A stretch of 64,000 bases of DNA from Eledone cirrhosa (taxonomy: Eukaryota). The stretch is from NCBI GenBank assembly GCA_964016885.1, contig OZ024740.1:243660001-243724000 (forward strand), given 5' to 3'. Under the pieces are notes generated by a model. The model was not told where the DNA came from, did not search any database, and was given only the letters and a program-made list of their open reading frames with translations. Positions 1-12,800 of this stretch are shown here, piece by piece; position 1 is the first letter of the stretch; each line of letters begins with the position of its first letter. The translations under genes and the position numbers were made by a program.

Positions 1-60
1 TGCTTTTTGTTATTTTAGATTATCAATTTTAATATTTCAGGTTTATAGTTAACCAACAAT

Positions 61-134
61 GGCTCCATAGCTCAGTTGGTTAGAGCGCCAGTCTAGTAAA
101 CTGGAGGTCGAGGGTTCGAATCTCTCTGGAGCCA
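61..134 (+). tRNA. tRNA-Thr(AGU), A73 variant
   Basis: GGCTCCA/TGGAGCC acceptor, GCTC/GAGC D-stem, CCAGT-CTAGTAA-ACTGG anticodon arm (AGT), GAGGG-TTCGAAT-CTCTC T-arm with one G-U; T-run downstream. Confidence 0.8.
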
Positions 135-342
135 TCTATTTTTCTTGTTTAATATTATCAGTTTTAAAAGTTCTGGTTTGCGATCCAGCAACTGTCGCTT
201 CATAACTTAGTAGATTGAAACACTAATACAGTAATATGGAGTTCGAATCTAGCCCAGCCTTCTTTCGCTATTTTTCACTGATCTTTGTAGTTTAGATTTT
301 TTGTGTTTTTTGTTATTTTAGATTGTTAGGTTTAATATTTCA

Positions 343-416
343 GGCCCCATAGCTCAGTTGGTTAGAGCGCCAGTCTAATAAACTGGAGGTCGAAGCTTCA
401 AATACCCATTGAGCCG
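343..416 (+). pseudogene. tRNA-Thr-body pseudogene with AAU anticodon (recurrent: 1570, 3241, 4468, 8139 and others)
   Basis: Loop CTAATAA; T-arm disrupted (GAAGC-TTCAAAT-ACCCA) and 3' acceptor strand mismatched. Confidence 0.8.
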
Positions 417-440
417 GCTCTTGCTATTTTTCATACTATT

Positions 441-705
441 ACTTTTTTATTAGTTTTATTTTTTTATTTTAGCAGTAGTAAATTGAATATATAACAGTAA
501 AAACAGTTTTACAGGTAAAGAAGAATAAGTTAGATTGTGGCGATTAAGAAAGTGTAAAAAAACGGAAAAGGAGAGAAAGAGGCAAGGGCTCACGGAAGAA
601 TGGTGAGGGGGGAAAGGGAGGGTGATTGAGCTGGGAACCTTGCGCCCGGCGGTAATGTGACTACGCTTCGGGGACAACAGTAGAGAAGCATTACCGTGTA
701 CGTTT
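441..705 (-). mobile_element. ~265-bp non-tRNA insert co-amplified in most array subunits; probable 3' end of a retroposed element
   Basis: Flanked by direct repeat TACTATT (434-440, 706-712). On the minus strand it reads GC-rich, then pyrimidine-rich, then an A-rich tail. Confidence 0.45.
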
Positions 706-876
706 TACTATTTCAGGTCAATAATTCTGAAACTTCATACATAGCGCAGTAGGTTAGGGTATCAATCTAGTAATATCGCGCACATGTGTTCGAATCACCC
801 ACGAGCCTTCTTTCGCTATTTCTCATAATTTTCGTACTTTACAATGTGATTTTCTTATTTTCTTAAATTTTACATT

Positions 877-940
877 TCAGATTTACGTACCACCAACAAT
901 GGCCACCAGATTTCAGATTTACGTACCACCAACAATGGCC
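877..940 (+). repeat. 36-bp tandem duplication (TCAGATTTACGTACCACCAACAATGGCCACCAGATT) in most subunits
   Basis: Direct repeat, source of the ISDLRTTNNGHQ pseudo-peptide; single copy at the array edge (~38262-38290). Confidence 0.85.
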
Positions 941-997
941 CGATATCTCGGTTGGTTAGAGCGCCAATGAAGGGTTCGAATACCCCTCGAGACTTCT

Positions 998-1055
998 ATA
1001 AAACACCAGTAATGCACTGGAATAATTGATGGTGTTGTAGCAAAAGTAGAAACAA
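998..1055 (+). mobile_element. SINE 3' tail remnant, co-amplified in each subunit
   Basis: ATAAAACACCAGTAATGCACTGGAATAATTGATGGTGTTGTAGCAAAAGTAGAAACAATT matches the 3' end of the SINE at 38384-38572 and of free copies at 46954 and 59678. Confidence 0.85.
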
Positions 1056-1287
1056 TTAATTTACATTGTCAGTTTTAATAATTCCGGTCGGCGATCCGGC
1101 AACTCTCGCTCCATAGCTCAGTAGGTTAAAACACCAACTAGTAATATGGCGCACATGTGTTCAATACACCCACGATCCTTCGTTCGCTATTTTTCGTAAT
1201 TTTGGTACATTAAATTGAGATTTTTTGTGCTTTTTGTTATTTTAGATTATCAATTTTAATATTTCAGGTTTATAGTTAACCAACAAT

Positions 1288-1361
1288 GGCTCCATAGCTC
1301 AGTTGGTTAGAGCGCCAGTCTAGTAAACTGGAGGTCGAGGGTTCGAATCTCTCTGGAGCCA
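1288..1361 (+). tRNA. tRNA-Thr(AGU), A73 variant
   Basis: Identical to 61-134; full cloverleaf. Confidence 0.8.
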
Positions 1362-2167
1362 TCTATTTTTCTTGTTTAATATTATCAGTTTTAAAAGTTC
1401 TGGTTTGCGATCCAGCAACTGTCGCTTCATAACTTAGTAGATTGAAACACTAATACAGTAATATGGAGTTCGAATCTTGCCCAGCCTTCTTTCGCTATTT
1501 TTCACTGATCTTTGTAGTTTAGATTTTTTGTGTTTTTTGTTATTTTAGATTGTTAGGTTTAATATTTCAGGCCCCATAGCTCAGTTGGTTAGAGCGCCAG
1601 TCTAATAAACTGGAGGTCGAAGCTTCAAATACCCATTGAGCCGGCTCTTGCTATTTTTCATACTATTACTTTTTTATTATTTTTAAGTTTTTATTTTAGC
1701 AGTAGTAAATTGAATTTATAACAGTAAAAACAGTTTTACAGGTAAAGAAGAATATATTAGATTGTGGCGAATAAATGTTCGTACTTTACATTGTAATTTT
1801 CCTATTTTTTTAAATTTTACATTATCAGATTTACGTACCACCAACAATGGCCACCAGATTTCAGATTTACGTACCACCAACAATGGCCACCAGATTTCAG
1901 ATTTACGAATCTCTCTGGAGCCTGCTTTTGCTATTTTTCATCTTTTTCTCGTTTAACATTATCAGTTTTATATTTCTGGTCTGCAATCCAGCAACTGTCG
2001 CTTCATAGCTTAGTAGATTGAAACACCAATCTAGTAGAATGGAGTTCAAATCTCCCTCCAGACTTCTTTCGCTATATTTTACTTGTTTTTGTAGTTTAGA
2101 TACTGATGTTTCATATTTTTGTTATTTTAGATTATCAATTTATTATAGGTTATAGCTTACTAACAGT

Positions 2168-2241
2168 GGCTCCATAGCTCAGTTGGTTAGAGCGCCAGTC
2201 TAGTAAACTGGAGGTCGAGAGTTCGAATCCCTCTGGAGCCT
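2168..2241 (+). tRNA. tRNA-Thr(AGU) with one T-stem mismatch (same class at 5066, 8737, 15868)
   Basis: Cloverleaf intact except GAGAG/CCCTC A-C mismatch; U73; TTTTT terminator follows. Confidence 0.6.
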
Positions 2242-4185
2242 GCTTTTTGCTATTTTCCTTTTTAGTATTTCAGGTTGTCAGTTTTAATATTTCAGATTTA
2301 TTATAGCTTGCCAACAATGGCTCTATAGCTCGGCTGGTTAGAGCGCCAGTCTAGTAAACTAGAGGGCGAGGGATCAAATACCCCTAGAGCCGGCTCTTGC
2401 TATTTTTCATTCTATTACTCTTTTATTATTTTAATTTTTTAATTTTAGCAGTAGTAAATTGAATTTATAACAGTAAAAACAGTTTTACAGGTAAAGAAGA
2501 ATATATTAGATTGTGGCGAAAAAGAAAATGAAAAAAACCGGAAAAGTAGAGAAAAAGGCAAGGGCTCACGGAAGAATGATGAAGGGGGAAAGGGAGGGTG
2601 ATTGGGCTGGGAGCCTTGTGCCCGACGGTAATGTGACTACGCTCCGGGGACAACAGTACAAAAGCATTACAGTGTGCGTTTTACTATTTCAGGTCAGTAA
2701 TTCTGCAACTCCATACATAGCGCAGTAGGTTAGGGTATCAATCTAGAAATATGGGGGAAATGTGTTCGCTATTTTTCATAATTTTCGTACTTTACATTGT
2801 GATTTTCCTTTTTTTTTTAATTTTACATTGTCAGATTTACGTACCACCAACAATGGCCACCAGATTTCAGATTTACGTACCACCAACAATTGCCAGATAC
2901 CTCGGTTGGTTAGAGCGCCAATGAAGGGTTCGAATACTCCTCGAGACTTCTATAAAACACCAGTAATGCACTGGAATAATTGATGGTGTTGTAGCAAAAG
3001 TAGAAACAATTAATTTACATTGTCAGTTTTAATAATGCAGGTAGGCGATCCGGCAACTGTCGCTCCATAGCTCAGTAGGTTAAAACACCAACTAGGAATA
3101 TGGCGAACATGTGTTCAATACACCCACGATCCTCCGTTCGATATTTTTCGTAATTTTGGTACATTAATTGAGATTTTTTGTGCTTTTTGTTATTTTAGAT
3201 TATCAATTTTAATATTTCAGGTTTATAGTTAACCAACAATGGCTCCATAGCTCAGTTGGTTAGAGCGCCAGTCTAATAAACTGGAGGTCGAAGCTTCAAA
3301 TACCCATTGAGCCGGCTCTTGCTATTTTTCATACTATTACTTTTTTATTAGTTTTATTTTTTTATTTTAGCAGTAGTAAATTGAATATATAACAGTAAAA
3401 ACAGTTTTACAGGTAAAGAAAAATAAGTTAGATTGTGGCGATTAAGAAAGTGTAAAAAAACGGAAAAGGAGAGAAAGAGGCAAGGGCTCACGGAAGAATG
3501 GTGAGGGGGGAAAGGGAGGGTGATTGAGCTGGGAACCTTGCGCCCGGCGGTAATGTGACTACGCTTCGGGGACAACAGTAGAGAAGCATTACCGTGTACG
3601 TTTTACTATTTCAGGTCAATAATTCTGAAACTTCATACATAGCGCAGTAGGTTAGGGTATCAATCTAGTAATATCGCGCACATGTGTTCGAATCACCCAC
3701 GAGCCTTCTTTCGCTATTTCTCATAATTTTCGTACTTTACAATGTGATTTTCTTATTTTCTTAAATTTTACATTTCAGATTTACGTACCACCAACAATGG
3801 CCACCAGATTTCAGATTTACGTACCACCAACAATGGCCCGATATCTCGGTTGGTTAGAGCGCCAATGAAGGGTTCGAATACCCCTCGAGACTTCTATAAA
3901 ACACCAGTAATGCACTGGAATAATTGATGGTGTTGTAGCAAAAGTAGAAACAATTAATTTACATTGTCAGTTTTAATAATTCCGGTCGGCGATCCGGCAA
4001 CTCTCGCTCCATAGCTCAGTAGGTTAAAACACCAACTAGTAATATGGCGAACATGTGTTCAATACACCCACGATCCTTCGTTCGCTATTTTTCGTAATTT
4101 TGGTACATTAAATTGAGATTTTTTGTGCTTTTTGTTATTTTAGATTATCAATTTTAATATTTCAGGTTTATAGTTAACCAACAAT

Positions 4186-4259
4186 GGCTCCATAGCTCAG
4201 TTGGTTAGAGCGCCAGTCTAGTAAACTGGAGGTCGAGGGTTCGAATCTCTCTGGAGCCA
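4186..4259 (+). tRNA. tRNA-Thr(AGU), A73 variant
   Basis: Full cloverleaf; copy of 1288 at +2898. Confidence 0.8.
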
Positions 4260-6138
4260 TCTATTTTTCTTGTTTAATATTATCAGTTTTAAAAGTTCTG
4301 GTTTGCGATCCAGCAACTGTCGCTTCATAACTTAGTAGATTGAAACACTAATACAGTAATATGGAGTTCGAATCTTGCCCAGCCTTCTTTCGCTATTTTT
4401 CACTGATCTTTGTAGTTTAGATTTTTTGTGTTTTTTGTTATTTTAGATTGTTAGGTTTAATATTTCAGGCCCCATAGCTCAGTTGGTTAGAGCGCCAGTC
4501 TAATAAACTGGAGGTCGAAGCTTCAAATACCCATTGAGCCGGCTCTTGCTATTTTTCATACTATTACTTTTTTATTATTTTTAAGTTTTTATTTTAGCAG
4601 TAGTAAATTGAATTTATAACAGTAAAAACAGTTTTACAGGTAAAGAAGAATATATTAGATTGTGGCGAATAAATGTTCGTACTTTACATTGTAATTTTCC
4701 TATTTTTTTAAATTTTACATTATCAGATTTACGTACCACCAACAATGGCCACCAGATTTCAGATTTACGTACCACCAACAATGGCCACCAGATTTCAGAT
4801 TTACGAATCTCTCTGGAGCCTGCTTTTGCTATTTTTCATCTTTTTCTCGTTTAACATTATCAGTTTTATATTTCTGGTCTGCAATCCAGCAACTGTCGCT
4901 TCATAGCTTAGTAGATTGAAACACCAATCTAGTAGAATGGAGTTCGAATCTCCCTCCAGACTTCTTTCGCTATATTTTACTTGTTTTTGTAGTTTAGATA
5001 CTGATGTTTCATATTTTTGTTATTTTAGATTATCAATTTATTATAGGTTATAGCTTACTAACAGTGGCTCCATAGCTCAGTTGGTTAGAGCGCCAGTCTA
5101 GTAAACTGGAGGTCGAGAGTTCGAATCCCTCTGGAGCCTGCTTTTTGCTATTTTCCTTTTTAGTATTTCAGGTTGTCAGTTTTAATATTTCAGGTTTATT
5201 ATAGCTTGCCAACAATGGCTCTATAGCTCGGCTGGTTAGAGCGCCAGTCTAGTAAACTAGAGGGCGAGGGTTCAAATACCCCTAGAGCCGGCTCTTGATA
5301 TTTTTAATTCTATTACTCTTTTATTATTTTAATTTTTTAATTTTAGCAGTAGTAAATTGAATTTATAACAGTAAAAACAGTTTTACAGGTAAAGAAGAAT
5401 ATATTAGATTGTGGCGAATAAGAAAATGAAAAAAAACGGAAAAGCAGAGAAAAAGGCAAGGGCTCACGGAAGAATGATGAAGGGGGAAAGGGAGGGTGAT
5501 TGGGCTGGGAGCCTTGTGCCCGACGGTAATGTGACTACGCTCCGGGGACAACAGTACAAAAGCATTACAGTGTGCGTTTTACTATTTCAGGTCAGTAATT
5601 CTGCAACTCCATACATAGCGCAGTAGGTTAGGGTATCAATCTAGAAATATGGGGGAAATGTGTTCGCTATTTTTCATAATTTTCGTACTTTACATTGTGA
5701 TTTTCCTTTTTTTTTTAATTTTACATTGTCAGATTTACGTACCACCAACAATGGCCACCAGATTTCAGATTTACGTACCACCAACAATGGCCAGATACCT
5801 TGGTTGGTTAGAGCGCCAATGAAGGGTTCGAATACCCCTCGAGACTTCTATAAAACACCAGTAATGCACTGGAATAATTGATGGTGTTGTAGCAAAAGTA
5901 GAAACAATTAATTTACTTTGTCAGTTTTAATAATTCAGGTAGGCGATCCGGCAACTGTCGCCCCATAGCTCAGTAGATTAAAACACCAACTAGTAATATG
6001 GCGCACATGTGTTCAATACACCCACGATCCCTCGTTCGCTATTTTTCGTAATTTTGGTACATTAATTGAGATTTTTTTGTGCTTTTTGTTACTTTAGATT
6101 ATCAGTCTTAAGATTTCAGGTGCATAATTTCCAATAAT

Positions 6139-6212
6139 GGCTCCGTAGCTCAGTTGGTTAGAGCGCCAGTCTAGTAAACTGGAGGTCGAGGGTTCGAATC
6201 TCTCTGGAGCCT
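6139..6212 (+). tRNA. tRNA-Thr(AGU)
   Basis: Full cloverleaf with G7-U66, U73, TTTT downstream. Confidence 0.8.
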
Positions 6213-6762
6213 TCTTTTGGCTATTTTTCATCTTTTTCCTTTTTAACATTATCAATTTTAATATTTTTGGTCTGCGATCCACCAACTGTCGCTTCATACC
6301 TTAGTAGATTGAAACACCAATCCAGTAATATGGAGTTCGAATCTCCCCCAGGTTTCTTTTGCTATTTTTTACTGATCTTTGTAGTTTAGATTTTTTGTCT
6401 TTTTTATTGTTTTAGATTGTTAGTTTTATTATTTCAGGTTCCATAGCTCAGTTGGTTAGCGCGCCTGTTTAGTAAACTGGAGGTCGAGTGTTCGAATCCC
6501 TCTGGAGCCTTCTTTTCGCTATTTTTCATCTTTTTCTTGTTTAACATTATCAGTTTTAACAGTTCTGTTCTGCGATCCAGCAACTGTCGCTTCATAGCTT
6601 AGTAGATTGAAACACCAATCCAGTAGAATGGAGTTCGAATCTACCTCCAGACTTCTTTCTCTATTTTTTACTTGTTCTTTTAGTTGAGATCGTGATGTTT
6701 CATATTTTTTGTTATTTTAGATTATCAATTTTAATATTTATAGTTTATAGTTCACCAACAGT

Positions 6763-6836
6763 GGCTCCATAGCTCAGTTGGTTAGAGCGCCCGTCTACTA
6801 AACTGGAAGTCGAGGATTCGAATTCCCCTGGACACT
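6763..6836 (+). pseudogene. tRNA-Thr-body pseudogene with ACU anticodon (recurrent: ~10420, ~13945, ~17624, ~32096)
   Basis: Loop CTACTAA; mismatches in anticodon, T and acceptor stems. Confidence 0.75.
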
Positions 6837-7856
6837 GCTTTTTGCTATTTTTCTTTTTTAGTATTTCAGGATGTCAGTTTAAATATTTCAGGTTTATATC
6901 TTGCCAACAATGGCTCCATAGCTCAGTTGGTTAGAGCGCCAGTCTAGTAAACTAGAAGGCGAGGCTTCGAATACCCCTCGATCCGCTTCTTGCTATTTTT
7001 CATACTATTACTTTTTTATTAGTTTTATTTTTTTATTTTAGCAGTAGTAAATTGAATATATAACAGTAAAAACAGTTTTACAGGTAAAGAAGAATAAGTT
7101 AGATTGTGGCGATTAAGAAAATGTAAAAAAACGGAAAAGGAGAGAAAGAGGCAAGGGCTCACGGAAGAATGGTGAGGGGGGAAAGGGAGGGTGATTGAGC
7201 TGGGAACCTTGCGCCCGGCGGTAATGTGACTACGCTTCGGGGACAACAGTAGAGAAGCATTACCGTGTACGTTTTACTATTTCAGGTCAGTAATTCTGAA
7301 ACTTCATACATAGCGCAGTAGGTTAGGGTATCAATCTAGTAATATCGCGCACATGTGTTCGAATCACCCACGAGCCTTCTTTCGCTATTTCTCATAATTT
7401 TCGTACTTTACAATGTGATTTTCTTATTTTCTTAAATTTTACATTTCAGATTTACGTACCACCAACAATGGCCACCAGATTTCAGATTTACGTACCACCA
7501 ACAATGGCCCGATATCTCGGTTGGTTAGAGCGCCAATGAAGGGTTCGAATACCCCTCGAGACTTCTATAAAACACCAGTAATGCACTGGAATAATTGATG
7601 GTGTTGTAGCAAAAGTAGAAACAATTAATTTACATTGTCAGTTTTAATAATTCCGGTCGGCGATCCGGCAACTCTCGCTCCATAGCTCAGTAGGTTAAAA
7701 CACCAACTAGTAATATGGCGCACATGTGTTCAATACACCCACGATCCTTCGTTCGCTATTTTTCGTAATTTTGGTACATTAAATTGAGATTTTTTGTGCT
7801 TTTTGTTATTTTAGATTATCAATTTTAATATTTCAGGTTTATAGTTAACCAACAAT

Positions 7857-7930
7857 GGCTCCATAGCTCAGTTGGTTAGAGCGCCAGTCTAGTAAACTGG
7901 AGGTCGAGGGTTCGAATCTCTCTGGAGCCA
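7857..7930 (+). tRNA. tRNA-Thr(AGU), A73 variant
   Basis: Full cloverleaf; copy of 4186 at +3671. Confidence 0.8.
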
Positions 7931-9809
7931 TCTATTTTTCTTGTTTAATATTATCAGTTTTAAAAGTTCTGGTTTGCGATCCAGCAACTGTCGCTTCATA
8001 ACTTAGTAGATTGAAACACTAATACAGTAATATGGAGTTCGAATCTTGCCCAGCCTTCTTTCGCTATTTTTCACTGATCTTTGTAGTTTAGATTTTTTGT
8101 GTTTTTTGTTATTTTAGATTGTTAGGTTTAATATTTCAGGCCCCATAGCTCAGTTGGTTAGAGCGCCAGTCTAATAAACTGGAGGTCGAAGCTTCAAATA
8201 CCCATTGAGCCGGCTCTTGCTATTTTTCATACTATTATTTTTTTATTATTTTTAAGTTTTTATTTTAGCAGTAGTAAATTGAATTTATAACAGTAAAAAC
8301 AGTTTTACAGGTAAAGAAGAATATATTAGATTGTGGCGAATAAATGTTCGTACTTTACATTGTAATTTTCCTATTTTTTTAAATTTTACATTATCAGATT
8401 TACGTACCACCAACAATGGCCACCAGATTTCAGATTTACGTACCACCAACAATGGCCACCAGATTTAAGATTTACGAATCTCTCTGGAGCCTGCTTTTGC
8501 TATTTTTCATCTTTTTCTCGTTTAACATTATCAGTTTTATATTTCTGGTCTGCAATCCAGCAACTGTCGCTTCATAGCTTAGTAGATTGAAACACCAATC
8601 TAGTAGAATGGAGTTCGAATCTCCCTCCAGACTTCTTTCGCTATATTTTACTTGTTTTTGTAGTTTAGATACTGATGTTTCATATTTTTGTTATTTTAGA
8701 TTATCAATTTATTATAGGTTATAGCTTACTAACAGTGGCTCCATAGCTCAGTTGGTTAGAGCGCCAGTCTAGTAAACTGGAGGTCGAGAGTTCGAATCCC
8801 TCTGGAGCCTGCTTTTTGCTATTTTCCTTTTTAGTATTTCAGGTTGTCAGTTTTAATATTTCAGGTTTATTATAGCTTGCCAACAATGGCTCTATAGCTC
8901 GGCTGGTTAGAGCGCCAGTCTAGTAAACTAGAGGGCGAGGGTTCAAATACCCCTAGAGCCGGCTCTTGATATTTTTCATTCTATTACTCTTTTATTATTT
9001 TAATTTTTTAATTTTAGCAGTAGTAAATTGAATTTATAACAGTAAAAACAGTTTTACAGGTAAAGAAGAATATATTAGATTGTGGCGAATAAGAAAATGA
9101 AAAAAAACGGAAAAGCAGAGAAAAAGGCAAGGGCTCACGGAAGAATGATGAAGGGGGAAAGGGAGGGTGATTGGGCTGGGAACCTTGTGCCCGAAGGTAA
9201 TGTGACTACGCTCCGGGGACAACAGTACAAAAGCATTACAGTGTGCGTTTTACTATTTCAGGTCAGTAATTCTGCAACTCCATACATAGCGCAGTAGGTT
9301 AGGGTATCAATCTAGAAATATGGGGGAAATGTGTTCGCTATTTTTCATAATTTTGGTACTTTACATTGTGATTTTCCTTTTTTTTTAAATTTTACATTGT
9401 CAGATTTACGTACCACCAACAATGGCCACCAGATTTCAGATTTACGTACCACCAACAATTGCCAGATACCTCGGTTGGTTAGAGCGCCAATGAAGGGTTC
9501 GAATACTCCTCGAGACTTCTATAAAACACCAGTAATGCACTGGAATAATTGATGGTGTTGTAGCAAAAGTAGAAACAATTAATTTACATTGTCAGTTTTA
9601 ATAATGCAGGTAGGCGATCCGGCAACTGTCGCCCCATAGCTCAGTAGATTAAAACACCAACTAGTAATATGGCGCACATGTGTTCAATACACCCACGATC
9701 CCTCGTTCGCTATTTTTCGTAATTTTGGTACATTAATTGAGATTTTTTTGTGCTTTTTGTTACTTTAGATTATCAGTTTTAAGATTTCAGATGCATAATT
9801 TCCAATAAT

Positions 9810-9883
9810 GGCTCCGTAGCTCAGTTGGTTAGAGCGCCAGTCTAGTAAACTGGAGGTCGAGGGTTCGAATCTCTCTGGAGCCT
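9810..9883 (+). tRNA. tRNA-Thr(AGU)
   Basis: Full cloverleaf; copy of 6139 at +3671. Confidence 0.8.
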
Positions 9884-12800
9884 TCTTTTGGCTATTTTTC
9901 ATCTTTTTCCTTTTTAACATTATCAATTTTAATATTTTTGGTCTGCGATCCACCAACTGTCGCTTCATACCTTAGTAGATTGAAACACCAATCCAGTAAT
10001 ATGGAGTTCGAATCCCCCCCAGGTTTCTTTTGCTATTTTTTACTGATCTTTGTAGTTTAGATTTTTTGTCTTTTTTATTGTTTTATTATTTCAGGCTCCA
10101 TAGCTCAGTTGGTTAGCGCGCCAGTTTAGTAAACTGGAGGTCGAGTGTTCGAATCCCTCTGGAGCCTTCTTTTCGCTATTTTTCATCTTTTTCTTGTTTA
10201 ACATTATCAGTTTTAACAGTTCTGTTCTGCGATCCAGCAACTGTCGCTTCATAGCTTAGTAGATGGAAACACCAATCCAGTAGAATGGAGTTCGAATCTA
10301 CCTCCAGACTTCTTTCTCTATTTTTTACTTGTTCTTTTAGTTGAGATCGTGATGTTTCATATTTTTTGTTATTTTAGATTATCAATTTTAATATTTATAG
10401 TTTATAGTTCACCAACAGTGGCTCCATAGCTCAGTTGGTTAGAGCGCCCGTCTACTAAACTGGAAGTCGAGGATTCGAATTTCCCTGGACACTGCTTTTG
10501 CTATTTTTCTTTTTTAGTATTTCAGGATGTCAGTTTAAATATTTCAGGTTTATATCTTGCCAACAATGGCTCCATAGCTCAGTTGGTTAGAGCGCCAGTC
10601 TAGTAAACTAGAAGGCGAGGCTTCGAATACCCCTCGATCCGCTTCTTGCTATTTTTCATACTATTACTTTTTTATTAGTTTTATTTTTTTTATTTTAGCA
10701 GTAGTAAATTGAATTTATAACAGTAAAAACAGTTTTACAGGTAAAGAAGAATAAGTTAGATTGTGGCGATTAAGAAAGTGTAAAAAAACGGAAAAGGAGA
10801 GAAAAAGGCAAGGGCTCACGGAAGAATGGTGAGGGGGGGAAAGGGAGGGTGATTGAGCTGGGAACCTTGCGCCCGGCGGTAATGTGACTACGCTTCGGGG
10901 ACAACAGTACAGAAGCATTACCGTGTACGTTTTACTATTTCAGGTCAGTAATTCTGAAACTTCATACATAGCGCAGTAGGTTAGGGTATCAATCTAGTAA
11001 TATGGCGGACATGTGTTCGAATCACCCACGAGCCTTCTTTCGCTATTTCTCATAATTTTCGTACTTTACAATGTGATTTTCTTATTTTCTTAAATTTTAC
11101 ATTTTCAGATTTACGCACCACCAACAATGGCCACCAGATTTCTGATTTACGTACCACCAACAATTGCCCGATACCTCGGTTGGTTAGAGCGCCAATGAAG
11201 GGTTCGAATACTCCTCGAGACTTCTATAAAACACCAGTAATGCACTGGAATAATTGATGGTGTTGTAGCAAAAGTAGAAACAATTAATTTACATTGTCAG
11301 TTTTAATAATTCAGGTAGGCGATCCGGCAACTGTCGCTCCATAGCTCAGTAGGTTAAAACACCAACTAGTAATATGGGGAACATGTGTTCAATACACCCA
11401 CGATCCTCCGTTCGATATTTTTCGTAATTTTGGTACATTAATTGAGATTTTTTGTGCTTTTTGTTATTTTAGATTATCAGTTTTAATATTTCAGGTTTAT
11501 AGTATACCAACAATGGCTCCATAGCTCAGTTGGTTAGAGCGCCAGTCTAGTAAACTTGAGGTCGAGGGTTCGAATCTCTCTGGAGCCTTCGATTTTTCTT
11601 GTTTAATATTATCAGTTTTAAAAGTTCTGGTTTGCGATCCAGCAACTGTCGCTTCATAACTTAGTAGATTGAAACACTAATACAGTAATATGGAGTTCGA
11701 ATCTTGCCCAGCCTTCTTTCGCTATTTTTCACTGATCTTTGTAGTTTAGATTTTTTGTGTTTTTTGTTATTTTAGATTGTTAGGTTTAATATTTCAGGCC
11801 CCATAGCTCAGTTGGTTAGAGCGCCAGTCTAATAAACTGGAGGTCGAAGCTTCAAATACCCATTGAGCCGGCTCTTACTATTTTTCATACTATTACATTT
11901 TTATTATTTTTAAGTTTTTATTTTAGCAGTAGTAAATTGAATTTATAACAGTAAAAACAGTTTTACAGGTAAAGAAGAATATATTAGATTGTGGCGAATA
12001 AATGTTCGTACTTTACATTGTAATTTTCCTATTTTTTTAAATTTTACATTATCAGATTTACGTACCACCAACAATGGCCACCAGATTTCAGATTTACGTA
12101 CCACCAACAATGGCCACCAGATTTAAGATTTACGAATCTCTCTGGAGCCTGCTTTTGCTATTTTTCATCTTTTTCTTGTTTAACATTATCAGTTTTATAT
12201 TTCTGGTCTGCAATCCAGCAACTGTCGCTTCATAGCTTAGTAGATTGAAACACCAATCTAGTAGAATGGAGTTCGAATCTCCCTCCAGACTTCTTTCGCT
12301 ATATTTTACTTGTTTTTGTAGTTTAGATACTGATGTTTCATATTTTTGTTATTTTAGATTATCAATTTATTATAGGTTATAGCTTACTAACAGTGGCTCC
12401 ATAGCTCAGTTGGTTAGAGCGCCAGTCTAGTAAACTGGAGGTCGAGGGTTCAAATACCCCTAGAGCCGGCTCTTGCTATTTTTCATACTATTACTCTTTT
12501 ATTATTTTAATTTTTTAATTTTAGCAGTAGTAAATTGAATTTATAACAGTAAAAACAGTTTTACAGGTAAAGAAGAATATATTAGAATGTGGCGAATAAG
12601 AAAATGAAAAAAAACGGAAAAGCAGAGAAAAAGGCAAGGGCTCACGGAGGGTGATTGGGCTGGGAGCCTTGCGCCCGACGGTAATGTGACTACGCTGCGG
12701 GGAAAACAGTACAAAAGCATTACAGTGTGCGTTTTACTATTTCAGGTCAGTAATTCCGCAACTTCATACATTGCGCAGTAGGTTAGGGTATCAATCTAGA

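Noticed and set aside
88-104. CTA in the anticodon loop read as an amber-suppressor anticodon
   Set aside because: The 5-bp stem CCAGT/ACTGG fixes a 7-nt loop C-U-AGU-A-A, so the anticodon is AGU.
610-700. Twister or HDV-like ribozyme in the GC-rich passenger
   Set aside because: Only a partial resemblance (GGCTCCCAGCCC on the minus strand); I could not build the required pseudoknots by eye.
1080-1210. Spliced-leader RNA (AG|GT donor plus AATTTTGG Sm-like site)
   Set aside because: The intervening sequence is a decayed tRNA monomer, and the Sm-like word is a variant of spacer text that reads AATTTTCG in sister monomers.
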